Position numbers and translations under genes: made by a program. The notes below the pieces were generated by a model. The model ran no database searches. It was not told where the DNA came from and worked only from the letters and a program-made list of their open reading frames with translations. From assembly GCA_018985225.1 (NCBI GenBank), contig JADGIF010000504.1:1-7505 (forward strand): a stretch of 7,505 nt of DNA, written 5' to 3'. Source of the stretch: Amoeboradix gromovi X-113 (taxonomy: Eukaryota > Fungi > Sanchytriomycota). Below, in pieces: positions 7,284 to 7,505 of the stretch; position 1 is the first letter of the stretch; the number at the start of each line of letters is the position of its first letter.

Positions 7284-7319
7284 GCATACGGGACATCAAA
7301 TATAAAAACTAGACTAACT
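7284..7319. repeat. Right copy of the 36-bp inverted repeat (TIR-like), partner at 130..165
   Basis: Reads GCATACGGGACATCAAATATAAAAACTAGACTAACT, the reverse complement of 130..165 at 33/36. Confidence 0.9.
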
Positions 7320-7421
7320 TTCTGTAACAACTTGGAACATTATTTCAGCTTTATTACTTTATGGATTTAAGAGACGAGTGGACATTCAGCTAGTTGCGGA
7401 GTTGACGAGTATAAAAGGAGA

Positions 7422-7447
7422 ATAAATAACTTTTATAAATAACTTTT
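7422..7447 (+). repeat. Perfect 13-bp tandem duplication
   Basis: ATAAATAACTTTT occurs twice (7422..7434 and 7435..7447). Confidence 0.85.
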
Positions 7448-7505
7448 TGTATCGAAATTTCAAAAATAAATATTCTGTACAGCTATTCTCTTACTCTTTC
7501 ATCCA

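Noticed and set aside
130-7319. Polinton/Maverick call based on AG...CT termini
   Set aside because: There is no DNA polymerase B, integrase or capsid gene, the TIR is far too short, and there is no 6-bp target-site duplication.

Overview
AT-rich eukaryotic DNA from a compact genome; the gene content looks fungus- or opisthokont-like, but the lineage is inference only. The genetic code is standard, since recognised genes end in TAA or TGA. Four intact protein genes are supported: an orphan coiled-coil protein (1468..2319 +), a catalytically intact myotubularin phosphoinositide 3-phosphatase (2983..4206 -), nascent polypeptide-associated complex subunit alpha (5844..6323 +) and a 4-TM RING-H2 E3 ligase (6359..7229 -). 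The ORF track splits the RING gene in two, but removing a single 19-nt GT-AG intron (6770..6788) joins the halves in frame. The block is bracketed by a 36-bp inverted repeat (130..165 and 7284..7319, 33/36 identical) that looks like a DNA-transposon terminal inverted repeat (TIR). A probable decayed IS630/Tc1-mariner transposase fragment (763..1113) lies inside the left copy. All four genes share an A[A/G]TT[T/C] motif 15-16 nt before the ATG, and three have AATAAA at or right after the stop. No RNA genes or CRISPR arrays were seen.
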